Shown: positions 13,651 to 25,646, counted from the stretch's first letter. The stretch is 64,000 nucleotides of DNA from Paraphysomonas bandaiensis (GCA_965644295.1 CBFFRP010000419.1:124001-188000); one strand, 5' to 3'. Translations and numbers: made by a program. The notes: a model not told the origin generated them from the sequence alone.

Positions 13651-15075
13651 ATGAATAACAATAACTTTCCTATGGAGAAATTCAATTCTCCTGTGCTCTT
13701 ATTCCGTATACCTCACCAGTTGCTAGTGTATATATTCCATACGATGCTATCACTGGATGATATGTGTCGTTTGGATACAGCAATATGTAATACTGAACTA
13801 CGGGATTACTTCTTGTATTGTCTGAGGAGTGCTGTGTTTGTTGATAGACCAGAATTAGAAAGAAATAGTTGGTTTTTGACGTGGACCTCACTTCGCCAGA
13901 TATCATTGACGCACTTGAAATGCAAACCTGGAACATCTACTCATTCCCAAGCTGGCGATGTGACAGACTCATGTGTATCGAATGCTCTACAGACTCTTAA
14001 GAGCCTTGACCTCAGTGGTTGTTTTCATATATCTCGAGCTGGGTTTGCCCGACTTGCTAAGATATGCCAGTCCCTGGTGGCTGTTGATTTAAGCGGTTTG
14101 ACTTTAGCTGAAGAAGCCTCCCGGCTCTTTGCTCGGCACTGTCCTGGATTGCTGGTTCTCAATATTTCTGAATGCAAAGTATCCGCCTCGAGTGTGCAGT
14201 ATATTTCTAGAAATAGACCGGGTCTTTTATCATTTGACCTTAGCTGGGGGTTTACCGACACAATTGCAAGTGTGATTGGCCTGTTTCCTGGAGTAAGGTC
14301 ATTGCGATGCAGCAACTGTGTCCTCACAGATAATATCTTGCTTTTAATCAGCAAGACCAGTAGTCAATTGAGGTACTTGGACATTGGGGATGAGTGTTGG
14401 CGTCGTATGGGGCACTATCAAGACCACTCGATTGTACAAATTGCGGAGCAGTGTAAGATGCTACGTCATGTGGAGTTTAGCTGCGATGTGGGTGATGATG
14501 GCATCACCGCTTTGGCTGTTAACTGCTCTGCTCTCGAGTCTTTGTCTCTAGCATACAACAATAAAGTGACTGATAGTGGTGTGCGTGCTATCCCGCACCA
14601 CTGCAAGCACCTAGTTTCAATGGAATTGAAGTCATGTGCTAAAATAACAGATGTTGTACTTTTTAATATCGCAACCCACTCACCTGGCCTTGAACGATTT
14701 TTCATGAGCGATATGAAGAACATAACTGATGTCGGTTTTAGTGTGCTTACGAAGTGTTGTGTCCGTCTGAAGGTATTGTCAGTTGTGGACTGTGATGATA
14801 TTGGTGACGAGTCTTTTTGCTCAGCTGCGGGTGGAAAGTATATAGATTCGTTAAATATCAAGGGCACCGCAATCACAGATGTCGGAGTGGTCACTTTAGT
14901 AAAGTCCATAAAACAACTTAGTATATGTGCCCTTGAGGATCTGAAATGGGTTAGTATTAACCAATCAGCCATAGACTCTCTAGTCGAAGTTTACCACCCC
15001 AACGTTCGTAAAAAGTGGTTATCCAGCAGCGATTTTGTATTTTCAATTCGTGCACAGCTGCGATCAATATGTTAA
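13651..15075 (+). CDS. F-box/LRR-repeat (FBXL/AMN1-like) protein, intronless
   Basis: An N-terminal degenerate F-box (IPHQLLVYIF...LDTAICN) is followed by cysteine-containing LRRs (LxxLxLxxCxxITD). Confidence 0.8.
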   Translation: MNNNNFPMEKFNSPVLLFRIPHQLLVYIFHTMLSLDDMCRLDTAICNTELRDYFLYCLRSAVFVDRPELERNSWFLTWTSLRQISLTHLKCKPGTSTHSQAGDVTDSCVSNALQTLKSLDLSGCFHISRAGFARLAKICQSLVAVDLSGLTLAEEASRLFARHCPGLLVLNISECKVSASSVQYISRNRPGLLSFDLSWGFTDTIASVIGLFPGVRSLRCSNCVLTDNILLLISKTSSQLRYLDIGDECWRRMGHYQDHSIVQIAEQCKMLRHVEFSCDVGDDGITALAVNCSALESLSLAYNNKVTDSGVRAIPHHCKHLVSMELKSCAKITDVVLFNIATHSPGLERFFMSDMKNITDVGFSVLTKCCVRLKVLSVVDCDDIGDESFCSAAGGKYIDSLNIKGTAITDVGVVTLVKSIKQLSICALEDLKWVSINQSAIDSLVEVYHPNVRKKWLSSSDFVFSIRAQLRSIC

Positions 15076-15626
15076 ACTGTATTATAGAATTATTGAATTT
15101 GTATTGACGACAATATACATGGAAGAATGATCGATATCTGTAGTGGTCAGATTGTGTGTATATTGTGCTGTGACGTATACCGTATACCTGCGACATCGCA
15201 GTTTATATCTTTGTATTTACTGAGTTTAGTTTAATAGTGTAAATTTAATAGGTTACTAGTGTAAATTTCCCACTTATAGAGTTTATATTTGAGTATAAAA
15301 ATATGATGTTCTTTTGTGTTGTCTAGAGTTAGGGATTGGTTGGCGCCGCACGAAAAAAAAGCCCGGGTTTTAATAAAGGTACTACAATGCATACTCCTTC
15401 GAAACGGGACAGTTACTATTATACGGGACATTAGTGTCTTAGTTACTGCTGCTGTTATATAGGAAATAAATACAAGTAACTTACTAACACACATAGCCTG
15501 GCACTTGGTTGTATCATATCATGTTAGCGGAGAAGTACTTCCACTCAAAAGAGTTTGTTACAAAATATTCAATATTTTAGACACGATATTCTACAAATAT
15601 ATAAGAATACTAAGAGATTCATGTTT

Positions 15627-16536
15627 CTAACTTCCTTTTAAATATAAAAGCGCTAGTGCCGCGGCAGCTGTCCATTGCACCTCCACAAACCGCCCTTCTG
15701 TTACGGCCTCTTCCAGCTCCCGTAGGGTCAGCCGCTGGATCGATTGTGCTTCCTGTTTACTATCCGCATCTGCGACCAACACAGCATCTCTCTCAGTATC
15801 AGTATCACCTACACAACCCTGTACTAGGAAAGTATTAACCCATCCAACACCTCTATTTACATCCGTGCGGTATCTGCCTAGCGCCTGTATACAAAGAAAT
15901 TAGAGAAAGTTACAGCAATACTACATGTGGCTAAAAATAAAGTTCACAAATGGTAAATCGTACCTTCATATTACGAATATCACAGCTCAGTTGAAGTTCT
16001 TCCTTAACTTCTCTAAGAGCAGCATGTTCCGGTGTTTCACCTTTCTCTATGAACCCACCCACCACAGCCAAACTAGACCCCTCTAACGCATATTTAGTTT
16101 GCTCAAATACAACAAATTTCCCATCCTCTTCATGAAGTCCTTTCTCTCTAACCAAGACATTAACACGGTCACCATACTCCACCCATAACCAGTCATTAAT
16201 AACACTCTTATCAGGTAACTGTCTTGCATGATAATCCACACGCATACGATTCGATTCAAGTAAACATATACGACTTAATGTTTCCATATCTTTCGACCAT
16301 AACGGTCCATCATAATGCCCATAGCTTAACTTGCATTCACTAGAGGGATCTACTGAGACAGTGTCCTTACGAAGGTGTATGTTATCAGTGGATTGAAGGG
16401 ATGCATCTTTATACAGGAGATATATGATGAAGAGGATGCTACAGAGTGCACAGAGAGTGATGAGATGGAATGGTTTGTAGTCACCTGTGAATTTGTTGAT
16501 TTTTGACATATATGGATGTGAGAAATGAGCCTGCAT
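15627..16536 (-). CDS. Nudix hydrolase with N-terminal membrane anchor, 2 exons
   Basis: Nudix box GGFIEKGETPEHAALREVKEEL; hydrophobic LITLCALCSILFIIYLL segment; second exon ALGRYRTDVNRG...LYLKGS* ends at 15627. Confidence 0.8.
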
Positions 16537-16728
16537 AGTGCCATACCATGATTACATTACAAAGCAAGATCCTGTGCATGTATGTATGTGAGTGTAGGTA
16601 GAGTATGTTGGAATTGATGTGTAGTGTATGTAGGTGTGGGTCGGCGGCCACACCCCGAGAGGAGCGGTCACCTAAGTTTTTTTGGAGACTCCATACCAAA
16701 TGGCGTCATCCGGGGTGAGATATTCAAG

Positions 16729-17194
16729 GTATGTAGGTATGTATGTATGTATGTATGTATGTATGTATGTATGTATGTATGTAGGTATGTAGGTATGTAG
16801 GTATGTAGGTATGTAGGTATGTATGTATGTATGTATGTATGTTTGTATGTATGTATGTATGTATGTATGTATGTATGTATGTATGTATGTATGTATGTAT
16901 GTATGTATGTATGTATGTATGTTTGTATGTATGTATGTATGTATGTATGTATGTATGTATGTATGTATGTATGTATGTATGTATGTATGTATGTATGTAT
17001 GTATGTATGTATGTATGTATGTATGTATGTATGTATGTATGTATGTATGTATGTATGTATGTATGTATGTATGTATGTATGTATGTATGTATGTATGTAT
17101 GTATGTATGTATGTATGTATGTATGTATGTATGTATGTATGTATGTATGTATGTATGTATGTATGTATGTATGTATGTATGTATGTATGTATGT
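16729..17194. repeat. (TATG)n microsatellite, ~465 bp
   Basis: Directly visible tetranucleotide array with a few TAGG/TTTG variants. Confidence 0.98.
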
Positions 17195-17289
17195 GTGTAT
17201 GTGGTATGGTTGTTTATTGCAATGGTTAGTATTATTATTATTATTATTAGTTAGTCGCGTATCTCAGTATCGCTTAACTATTATTTCTA

Positions 17290-18624
17290 ATGGCCAGTGA
17301 AGGCGAGGCAGTAGTGACCGGTCCATTTGACGAGATAGTTCATGACAATGATCATGAACATGATGAGCAGCAGCATGAACCCTCTCATGAGGTAGCAGAG
17401 CATACAACTCATGAGAATGAAGGGAATGGAAATGATAGAGAGGAGGAAGGAGGTCATCAGAGGGATGAAGATAACGGTGATAAGAGGAATGATGCGGAGG
17501 AAGGGCTGCCAAGGAAGAATCTTTATGTAGCGAACCTCTCATACGATGTACGTATATATATATATATATGTGTGGTGTGGAGAGGGAGGCTGTATATGTA
17601 TATGTATATATATGTGGTATATATGGATTCGTGTGAGTGCGTATTCGTATGGATATATTGTATAGAAGTGCGTATTGGGATGCATTGAATACTTGTGTAT
17701 AAGTGTGTGGGTGTGATGTGCTAACGGTGGGATGCAGACTACTGAACAAATGCTGGAAGAAACTTTCTCTGCATTTGGAGAAATTACTTCGGTGGAAGTT
17801 ATTAAGGAGCCTGGTACTTCTCAGTCACGGTCAGTATATGCTCTTTGAGGATTTCTCATTTGATTTAATCGGTTAGTGGTTTCGCCTTCGTCGGGTTCAA
17901 AAACGAGGACGAAGGAGACGCTGCCGTTGCTGCTCTGAACGGTTCTCAAATTAACGGTCGGACTGTGCGTGTGGAAGTAGCCAAAAGAGCAAGAGGGCAC
18001 CCCAAAACTCCTGGCAAATGTAAGTTACCTGTGTGATAGGGTATGCTGTTGATTGTAATTCGATGTCTCAATTAGATCTCGGCCCCCGGGCAGCAAATAC
18101 AAGGCCTCCTCCTCGTGATAGACGGGATGATTATCGAGGTGGTCGTGACAGCTATCGCGGACGGGATGATTACCGCGATAGACGGGATGGCTACCGGGAT
18201 AGGCGTGACGACTTCCGCGGGGGACGTGACGATTATCGCGGCGGAAGGGATGACTACCGTGACAGAAGGGGACCCGGGTACGGCGGTGAGAGAGGAAGAT
18301 CTCGTTCCTATGAGAGACGTGGACCTCCCGGGGGATATGCGGACAGGCCTCCTATGCGCTACGATGACAGAAGACCTCTATATGACCGTAGGTACGATTC
18401 ATGAATTGGGAATTCGCGTTGTGTTCAACTTAACTTGTGGTGCAGAGGACCTCCTCCCCCTGTGGACAGGTGGAATGGTGGTGGACGCCCTCGTAGCCGC
18501 TCTCGATCAAGGTAAGCTTATCTTCTCTTCGTTATTTTTGTTTTACATTCTGTCGCACATGCGCAGAGACCGTGGAATGGGTAGACCGGACTATCCTCCT
18601 GGACCTGCTGGCAGGCGATATTAG
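17290..18624 (+). CDS. Transformer-2/SR45a-like RRM splicing factor, multi-exon
   Basis: RNP2 NLYVANLS, RNP1 RGFAFVGF, the post-RRM signature KRARGHPKTPGKYLG, and an RDDYRGG/RS-rich tail. Confidence 0.8.
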
Positions 18625-19356
18625 ACGACCTTCTCGAAAACCACATCTCCGTTTGATAAGTGTGCTGTCCTACTGAACTTGCAAAACTAGCCGTAAATGT
18701 TATCCCCGGTGGTGCGGAGTATAGTTTCATAGTCATGTTTGAGTAGCTCGATTCCGATTGTTTCAGCATCCAGTTGTGGGCTGTAACTCTCACAGCACCT
18801 ATCGAAATTCAGTAATCAACGATGTAACAACTAGCAATTACGCACAGATGGTTTCCCAATGTCATGTATTCTGGGCGGACGTAAGTGCATCTCGTCACAT
18901 GTGTAGCTAAGTAGTCGATTGCGTCTCGGCACATTTGACTTCATTGATGTCGATTCTTTTACATTTCGTAGCACGATTAGAAAATATGAACACTCAACAG
19001 GTTGAGTCATTTCATCATCTGGACGTCATGTCTTTGCGATCTCGGTCGGTAGGAATCTACAAATTGTATATACCAATATTATAATTCACGATAGATTCAA
19101 TTTTCCGCTACATTGACGACAGTGGCAATAAGAGTCCTTAAAATTTATATATTGTCTATTTTGTTCAAAGGTTGTAATCGTCTATGATTCCAGTGGCAAG
19201 AAAATATGAACACTGTCTGCGATAGAATATACAGTAGCTCTGTCGAACAGATAATGTAGCCGTCAAAGCTGTTAATCTGTTAATAACGTTAAGAAGTATG
19301 AGAGCCCTTACTCGCTGCATTTATTAACTTAAGCTTATAGTTAGTGCAGTATTGAC

Positions 19357-19770
19357 CAGGGCTGCGTAACAATTAATTGCATGGGATATACGTAATAATT
19401 GCAATTATAATTGCTCGCTGGAAGGTTGCATTTAAATTGCAATTAATTGGCAATTATTAACTATATAGTATAAGCAAATAATATTAGAAATAGAAGTTGG
19501 AAAACATTAAGGGCGATGGTTAAGATTTATGTTAAGAGATATATATATAGTGAAATTATGATGTTGTAGCACTGTGATTTAGGAACCACGTCATATACCA
19601 ACATCAACATTCTGTTCAAATATCTTTGACAGCTACTCTATTTTCAGTTTATTTGTATAGTTGTAATAGCAACTCCTATAATGTAGGCATCTATATTCCA
19701 GGGCCTGGTAACCATTAATAGTAGCTATACTGTATTCTATGTAGCAATGAAATACAGTATAGCTACTAGC
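19357..19770. mobile_element. Relic of a CAGGGCTGC-terminated (hAT-like) non-autonomous element
   Basis: Starts CAGGGCTGCGTAACAATTAATTGC with AATTGCAATT subterminal repeats. It shares CCAGGGCCTGGTAACC (NGYQAL on the minus strand) with the hAT relic at 420. The right boundary is uncertain. Confidence 0.45.
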
Positions 19771-20576
19771 GATAGGCTTTACCAAACTTCAAGTACGCAC
19801 GTAGAAGTTGGTTGTAATTCAATATCATTTGAACCTGACTGAGAAATAGAGGCTGATAAGACAATATATTATTTATTCAATATTTACCACTACTTCTCGA
19901 CATACACACCACGACGATACAAAATCTTGTGTAGTTATGTTACTTTTAATCCTATTAATTATTTTTTTCTTTCAATTTATAGTAATGCCCTAAAAATACT
20001 CATACTTCTATTTTATTACTATATATTTGTTTTATTAAAGGGCATATATATATTGTATATAGTATATTTTTATTAAAGGTGTATTTTATGTAATATGTAA
20101 TATATAGTATAATTACTACTTATTACTACCTATGTTTACTAAGGGCGCCAACATGAAGCGATAGCGAACTGAAAGCTAAAATAGGGGTGAATTTTTTTCC
20201 GCTGATTTTTTCGTCATTGTGCGCACATAACTAACTATAAAAGTGGAAAGTTGAGTAGTGTCCGCTTCCTACTTGTTGGAATACATCTGGTACTCTACGC
20301 TTAGAGGATAATGCTGTGCCATTACGACTAAAGCAGTAATATATAGTATATAGCCATTAATCAATATACAACTATATGGTTATGACACTGAAGTATCGTG
20401 GTAATTCAAACTACATACGTGAAACAGTGAATGTTATTAAAATGATGCGGGTAATTTATTTTGTTAGTCATAGTCAGATTAGACGGTATACATTCTGTAA
20501 AAAATCTGAGGCAAATAGGCAGATTTCAAGAATGCTTCCTTGTTACAGAATTCTTGTAATTGCTAAATGACTAAAG

Positions 20577-22211
20577 TTAAAATCCCGTCCCATAATTCAT
20601 GGGTTTCCTTTCAATTTCTCTTGCTTTAGTGGCGGAATATGGTGGTATCTCCAGAAGACTCGAAGTCTCCATTGTAGCTACTTCAAATTTATCACGAGAA
20701 GCATCCCTAGACTTCAAGCCAGACAGCTTATTATCAGAATCTAAGCTACTAGCTGCAGAGCTAGAGATATCAGAGTCAGCATCTGGTATTGAATTCGATT
20801 CTCGTGCTTTATCTACGAAAGGATGATAATGTTCGATAAAAGTTTCATCGAACGAATCTTCTCCCATCTCCCTCGCACTCATCCTATACTGCCCCATGGT
20901 TGACGGCATAACGATATCAGGAGCAGATATAGACCTTCCAGCTCTACCCTCTTCTTGATCGATCGCTTGATAGACACCATTCTCCAAATCACTGGGGAGA
21001 TTCAACGAACCAGATCGTTTGGCATCCATCAGGCTGGTGAATGACCGCGTGCGTCTACGGAACACATTACGGAAATGTCTCCTACGACGCCGTATATTGC
21101 GTGCCTTCCTACGACGTAGACTTTCCACCGTTCCATCATCCGGGATTTCTTCGTCGTCATTATCGTCCTCATCATCGTCCCCATCATCATCTTCCAGAAC
21201 AGCAGTCGATACTACTGTGGCAAGAAACATAAGCCCACATCCTAATATTTCACTGTAGGACAGCACTTCATTGAGAAACAAATATGCCAAAAATACAGAC
21301 ACAGGAGCCTCCAAGCTAGTGAGCAACGCTGCTCGAGATGGAGGAGTATACATCTGCCCAAGAGTACCAAGAAGCAGAGCAGCTGGTTCGGAAGCCCCTA
21401 CCATGAGAATCATGTCCCAGCCCTTCAGTAGGTCGGTCAAGGGCGGCCAGGATAACCACTGATCTGCCTCAACGTACACTGCTGAGGCTGTACAAAGAAT
21501 CGTGGTCACAAAAAAACTCATACATGTGAGGTCAATACAGTCTGTTCGCTTAGCTGCAATATCTGAGGCCATAAACGAACATGAAAAGGCAATCATGCTG
21601 AAGAAAACAAGAACATCTCCGGAGCTAATTTTGTCAGCACAGGACTCTCCATCAGAAGAGGTCATCGCATCCACACAGCCGGAAAGAAAGAAACCTCCAA
21701 CCAGACACATTCCAGCTGCTAGCCAAGTGTGCAAGCAAAAACCACCCGATCCGGGTAAGAACTGCTCAACTGTTGGGATGAGTACAACATACAGACCGAC
21801 AATAAACGCTGCTTTCCCGGCTGTAGTGGATATCATACCAATTTGCAGTAATTGATTAGCTGCAAAGTTACCAATACCACATATTGTACTCCAGAAGCAT
21901 AGAGTAAATGTATAAGAACTAACTTCTAATGGGAGTAATTTTCTAACACATTCGGTGACTCGATTAGCTAGTGTCCTGTTATAATCCACTTTACCTGATA
22001 TATTAGTCTCTATAATTGATTGAAGCCATGACCTAGCACTGAATAGGAGTATTGTGGATATAACAAACCGACATGCGTTATAAGTCATAGGCCCAACACG
22101 TTCATCCATAGCATACTTCTGTCCCACATAAGACACACCAAAAAATATTGTGCTACATGCCAGTTGACCCTCACTGATTGATTTCTTTGACCACACTGTG
22201 TGAGGTGACAT
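20577..22211 (-). CDS. EamA/DMT-superfamily membrane transporter with long hydrophilic C-tail
   Basis: About 10 hydrophobic segments; motifs TTAGKAAFIVGLYVVLIP and PSRAALLTSLEAP...LNEVL. Confidence 0.85.
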   Translation of the reverse strand: MSPHTVWSKKSISEGQLACSTIFFGVSYVGQKYAMDERVGPMTYNACRFVISTILLFSARSWLQSIIETNISGKVDYNRTLANRVTECVRKLLPLEVSSYTFTLCFWSTICGIGNFAANQLLQIGMISTTAGKAAFIVGLYVVLIPTVEQFLPGSGGFCLHTWLAAGMCLVGGFFLSGCVDAMTSSDGESCADKISSGDVLVFFSMIAFSCSFMASDIAAKRTDCIDLTCMSFFVTTILCTASAVYVEADQWLSWPPLTDLLKGWDMILMVGASEPAALLLGTLGQMYTPPSRAALLTSLEAPVSVFLAYLFLNEVLSYSEILGCGLMFLATVVSTAVLEDDDGDDDEDDNDDEEIPDDGTVESLRRRKARNIRRRRRHFRNVFRRRTRSFTSLMDAKRSGSLNLPSDLENGVYQAIDQEEGRAGRSISAPDIVMPSTMGQYRMSAREMGEDSFDETFIEHYHPFVDKARESNSIPDADSDISSSAASSLDSDNKLSGLKSRDASRDKFEVATMETSSLLEIPPYSATKAREIERKPMNYGTGF

Positions 22212-22964
22212 TGATTATATCCTCTTGTCGAGTATTAGCTTAGGGCTAACTGACCAGTTGTATATATATGTGTGTGTGTATAAACAGATTAGATGCTTGA
22301 TAACAATTGCAAGTATTGATAGAGGTATAATCCAGATACGGATATCAATGGATTGGAACTGTTTCTCATAGTCTACCTGTAAAGATAACATTGCAACTAC
22401 CCTGTTATGATAGAGTGTAATTTGATCCATTAAAACATGTGGCTTTGCATGAGGGTCCAACTGTTCCTGTCAGATTATTCCACATTTTGGGAACATAGAA
22501 ACCTCATAAACTCCCTATTTTACTCTCTATGACATCCAAAATATGGAGTATTAAGGACAATCTCTACAAAATATGCAAAATTTAAAGGGATTATTCAGTT
22601 TTTATCATAAATGCATAGTTTTCTACATGCGTATCAACAGATGGTGGTGAACGGTAGGGTTCTAGAATACGGTGACCTTGAAGGTGTGCTCTGGTATGAT
22701 GCCGTACCGCTACATTGAAGGGGTTGAGGAGTACGATTCTCGCAGTACACACTGTACCTGGATGTATGTGTGTGTACTGCAGAGTACAGAGAGCAGTAGC
22801 AGAGAATAGAGTAGTGCATATATAACAGTTCATGTCTATAAGTACATGTATATCAGTACAATAGATCGTATATCAATCATCACATACATGTACCACCATA
22901 ATATAAACTGCCTGTTAAATACACACCTCATCCATACAGTCATCTATATAGAACTGCTTATAAG

Positions 22965-25646
22965 ATGAGTGATAGTCATACAGATGAACCCAATGGACAC
23001 TCAACAGTAGAATCATCCCCTCAAATGGAGTTAGAAATACCTGGATATACATCATCCAATAACGGGAACGATACTTATGATTCTATCGAATCAAATGAAT
23101 CCCCACCCCATCATATCAGTGATATCTCTAATGGTGAACATAAAAGATCATTATGTCAACCTACTAAAGCAATGATTGCATCAAAATTAGCATTAGAAAA
23201 AAGAAAAAATGAAATTAATGACAAGGATGATCCTTTTTGGGAGAAACGTATGGGAAAAAGTGAACGATTGTTCCGTAAAAAATATAAAAACTCTATTGAG
23301 AAAACTGAAACTACCAAATCCCGTCATCATAATAAGGAGTCAGTTGATCATGTCGTTCCTCTTTCCCCATCGTCCAATCTTTTGTCCCCAACGAAAGCAA
23401 CGATTAATGGTAGTTATCATAGCAAGGGTGAAAGCAAACCGAAGCCAGTGTCCCCACTTCCGGCCACGTCACATCTCCTTCAACAAACCCGGGCTTCTAA
23501 ACTCGCCGCAGTACAAAAATCTCCCGAACCTTCAAATAATTCACAGCCACAGAAGGGACAGCAGAAAGGACAACAGGGTAGGCACAGCACTGGGAGCACA
23601 AATACCAAGCGGAGCAGTCCAGATAGCAGCTTACTGAAGCTTACTGCTGCCCGACGTGCCGCTACTCGAGCCAAGAAAGAGAAGCGCCCAGAGGACCCCC
23701 GCGAGGCGGGATGGAATAACTCTCTAAACCGCCCTGATTCTGCGCCTACTCGACATAGCCTAGGATCACCTTCTGGCGAGGAACCTGTTGATGACACGTC
23801 TCCGTCCAAGGTGCATGTTCCTGAGAAGTACAAAGACGTGAAGAGCAAGTTGCACACCCCAACTGTAGCATCTGTTCGCAAGATGCGGGGATTTTACAAG
23901 GGTGTGGAGGGTGAGGAAGAAGCCTCGGAGGAACATGAGGCTCGTGAATTCCCTCCTCGACGGGATCCGGTACACATTAGCTGGAGACTTCTCGAGACCA
24001 CCGCTGCAGTGCGGTCTAGCCGTTGGAATAATCGTGCACAGTCCCCGCCCCCTCGATTAAATTCCAGAGCTCCACCACCTGCTTGTCATTCTACACCAAC
24101 GGACTCGTTTGCTCGTAGTACACGAGGGAAGTACGATGCAAAGGATCCGATGGATGTAGCCAAAAGGGACCCTAAGAAAAAAGCCCCACAGAGAGAAAGA
24201 TCTATGTCTGCACCTCCTCGGGAGCGACTGTTGCAAATTGCTGGTATTGTTGTCCCTCCTCCACCAGTGTCACCTCCAGCACCTAGAAGCCGTCCGCGCT
24301 CGCCGTCACCCCAACCGCACACTCCAGTCACGATCAGACATGCAATCGGCCTTCTAACAGCGGAAAGAGATGCGGGAAGACCGTATGATGCAGCAGAGCT
24401 GGAGAGATTGACAGCTATGCTACAAACATTCCCCGACAGCGAATCTAAAAAGCAGCAACGATCTGTATCGTGGCGGGAGGAGGTGATGCCGTATGCACAG
24501 GAGTGTCTGATTACCATGAGAGGGTTTGTACCGCCTAGCATATTTACTGACCCATCGCCGCTGGAATCCCTACAACGCGACGGTTTCAGCGTCCCACTCG
24601 CTCGACGGATCACTACAAAGCAATGTTTATGGCTGGTGCGAGAGGACCCGGAGAGTATTATAAAATTTAATCCTACAGATCTGACCATGAAGTTCGATTA
24701 CTCTGGACAGAGCCTAGATATTGTTGAGACGGCTGCCATATATGCCACTCTACCAGCACATTTTGATGCAGCGGATGACGAGGATGGTCGTAAGGAGAAG
24801 TGGAGGGAGACTCTGGAATATCAACTAAAGCGTTTGATGAAGCAAAAGGAGTATAAATCATTTCCCAGCGAGCAGAAGCGTCATCCCGTGTATGAGGACC
24901 AGAACCCTGTATACGAGCATATAGAAGATTTGCACAGTACGCTGAACGAAATGCAGGTAGCTGAACAAGAAGAAGAGCACACAGAACCGGTTGAGGGTAT
25001 ATTGGAAGATTCGGTTTCTTCTCCAATCATGAAACCTTCAACAGACACTTCGCCATCGCCTAACTCTCATACGACATCCGGGAATCATCTTCAGTCTAGT
25101 GAATCAGACGTATCTATACCATCGGAGGGACTAATATCTACCTCTGAAGTGGAAAAATGGCGTATACTTGCATGGAGGGAGAAAGCGATTCCCTACTGCG
25201 AGGATTGCCTGCAGACTATGCGGGGGTTTGTGCCGCCTAATGTGTTTTTTTCCTCTCCTGCTTCATTACAAAGTGACGGCCTGCCCGTAACCCTCGCCAA
25301 ACGGGTGGCCAATAAAAAGTGTTTATGGCTTATCCGAGTAGATCCAGAATGTATACCGAAAATCCCAGTAAGAGACCTGACCATGAAGTTCGATTACTCT
25401 GGACAGAGTCTAGATATTGTTGAGATGGCTGCCATATATGCCACTCTGCCGGCACATTTTGATGCAGCGGATGACGAGGATGGTCGTAAGGAGAAGTGGA
25501 GGGAGACTCTGGAGCGCCAGTTGATGCAGCTTATGGAGGAGAAGGAAGAGCATACCCTCCGCGAGAAAATTATTCGTAGTCCAGCATATGAGGACGCTCA
25601 GCCCTTGTTTGCTCAGCAGTGTGAGCTGCATGTGTTGAGAATATAG
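22965..25646 (+). CDS. Uncharacterised protein: disordered motif-repeat N-terminus plus a duplicated ~150-aa domain
   Basis: 893-aa uninterrupted ORF with two copies of WR...MRGFVPP...KxCLWL...LDIVExAAIYATLP...DGRKEKWR. Confidence 0.8.
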   Translation: MSDSHTDEPNGHSTVESSPQMELEIPGYTSSNNGNDTYDSIESNESPPHHISDISNGEHKRSLCQPTKAMIASKLALEKRKNEINDKDDPFWEKRMGKSERLFRKKYKNSIEKTETTKSRHHNKESVDHVVPLSPSSNLLSPTKATINGSYHSKGESKPKPVSPLPATSHLLQQTRASKLAAVQKSPEPSNNSQPQKGQQKGQQGRHSTGSTNTKRSSPDSSLLKLTAARRAATRAKKEKRPEDPREAGWNNSLNRPDSAPTRHSLGSPSGEEPVDDTSPSKVHVPEKYKDVKSKLHTPTVASVRKMRGFYKGVEGEEEASEEHEAREFPPRRDPVHISWRLLETTAAVRSSRWNNRAQSPPPRLNSRAPPPACHSTPTDSFARSTRGKYDAKDPMDVAKRDPKKKAPQRERSMSAPPRERLLQIAGIVVPPPPVSPPAPRSRPRSPSPQPHTPVTIRHAIGLLTAERDAGRPYDAAELERLTAMLQTFPDSESKKQQRSVSWREEVMPYAQECLITMRGFVPPSIFTDPSPLESLQRDGFSVPLARRITTKQCLWLVREDPESIIKFNPTDLTMKFDYSGQSLDIVETAAIYATLPAHFDAADDEDGRKEKWRETLEYQLKRLMKQKEYKSFPSEQKRHPVYEDQNPVYEHIEDLHSTLNEMQVAEQEEEHTEPVEGILEDSVSSPIMKPSTDTSPSPNSHTTSGNHLQSSESDVSIPSEGLISTSEVEKWRILAWREKAIPYCEDCLQTMRGFVPPNVFFSSPASLQSDGLPVTLAKRVANKKCLWLIRVDPECIPKIPVRDLTMKFDYSGQSLDIVEMAAIYATLPAHFDAADDEDGRKEKWRETLERQLMQLMEEKEEHTLREKIIRSPAYEDAQPLFAQQCELHVLRI

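Noticed and set aside
16819-17300. ORFs encoding (MYVC)n
   Set aside because: Translation artefacts of the stop-free TATG microsatellite.
18115-18270. Tandem ~21-bp repeats as a CRISPR-like array
   Set aside because: They encode the RDDYRGG/RDDYRDR low-complexity tail of the RRM protein; there are no unique spacers and the context is eukaryotic.
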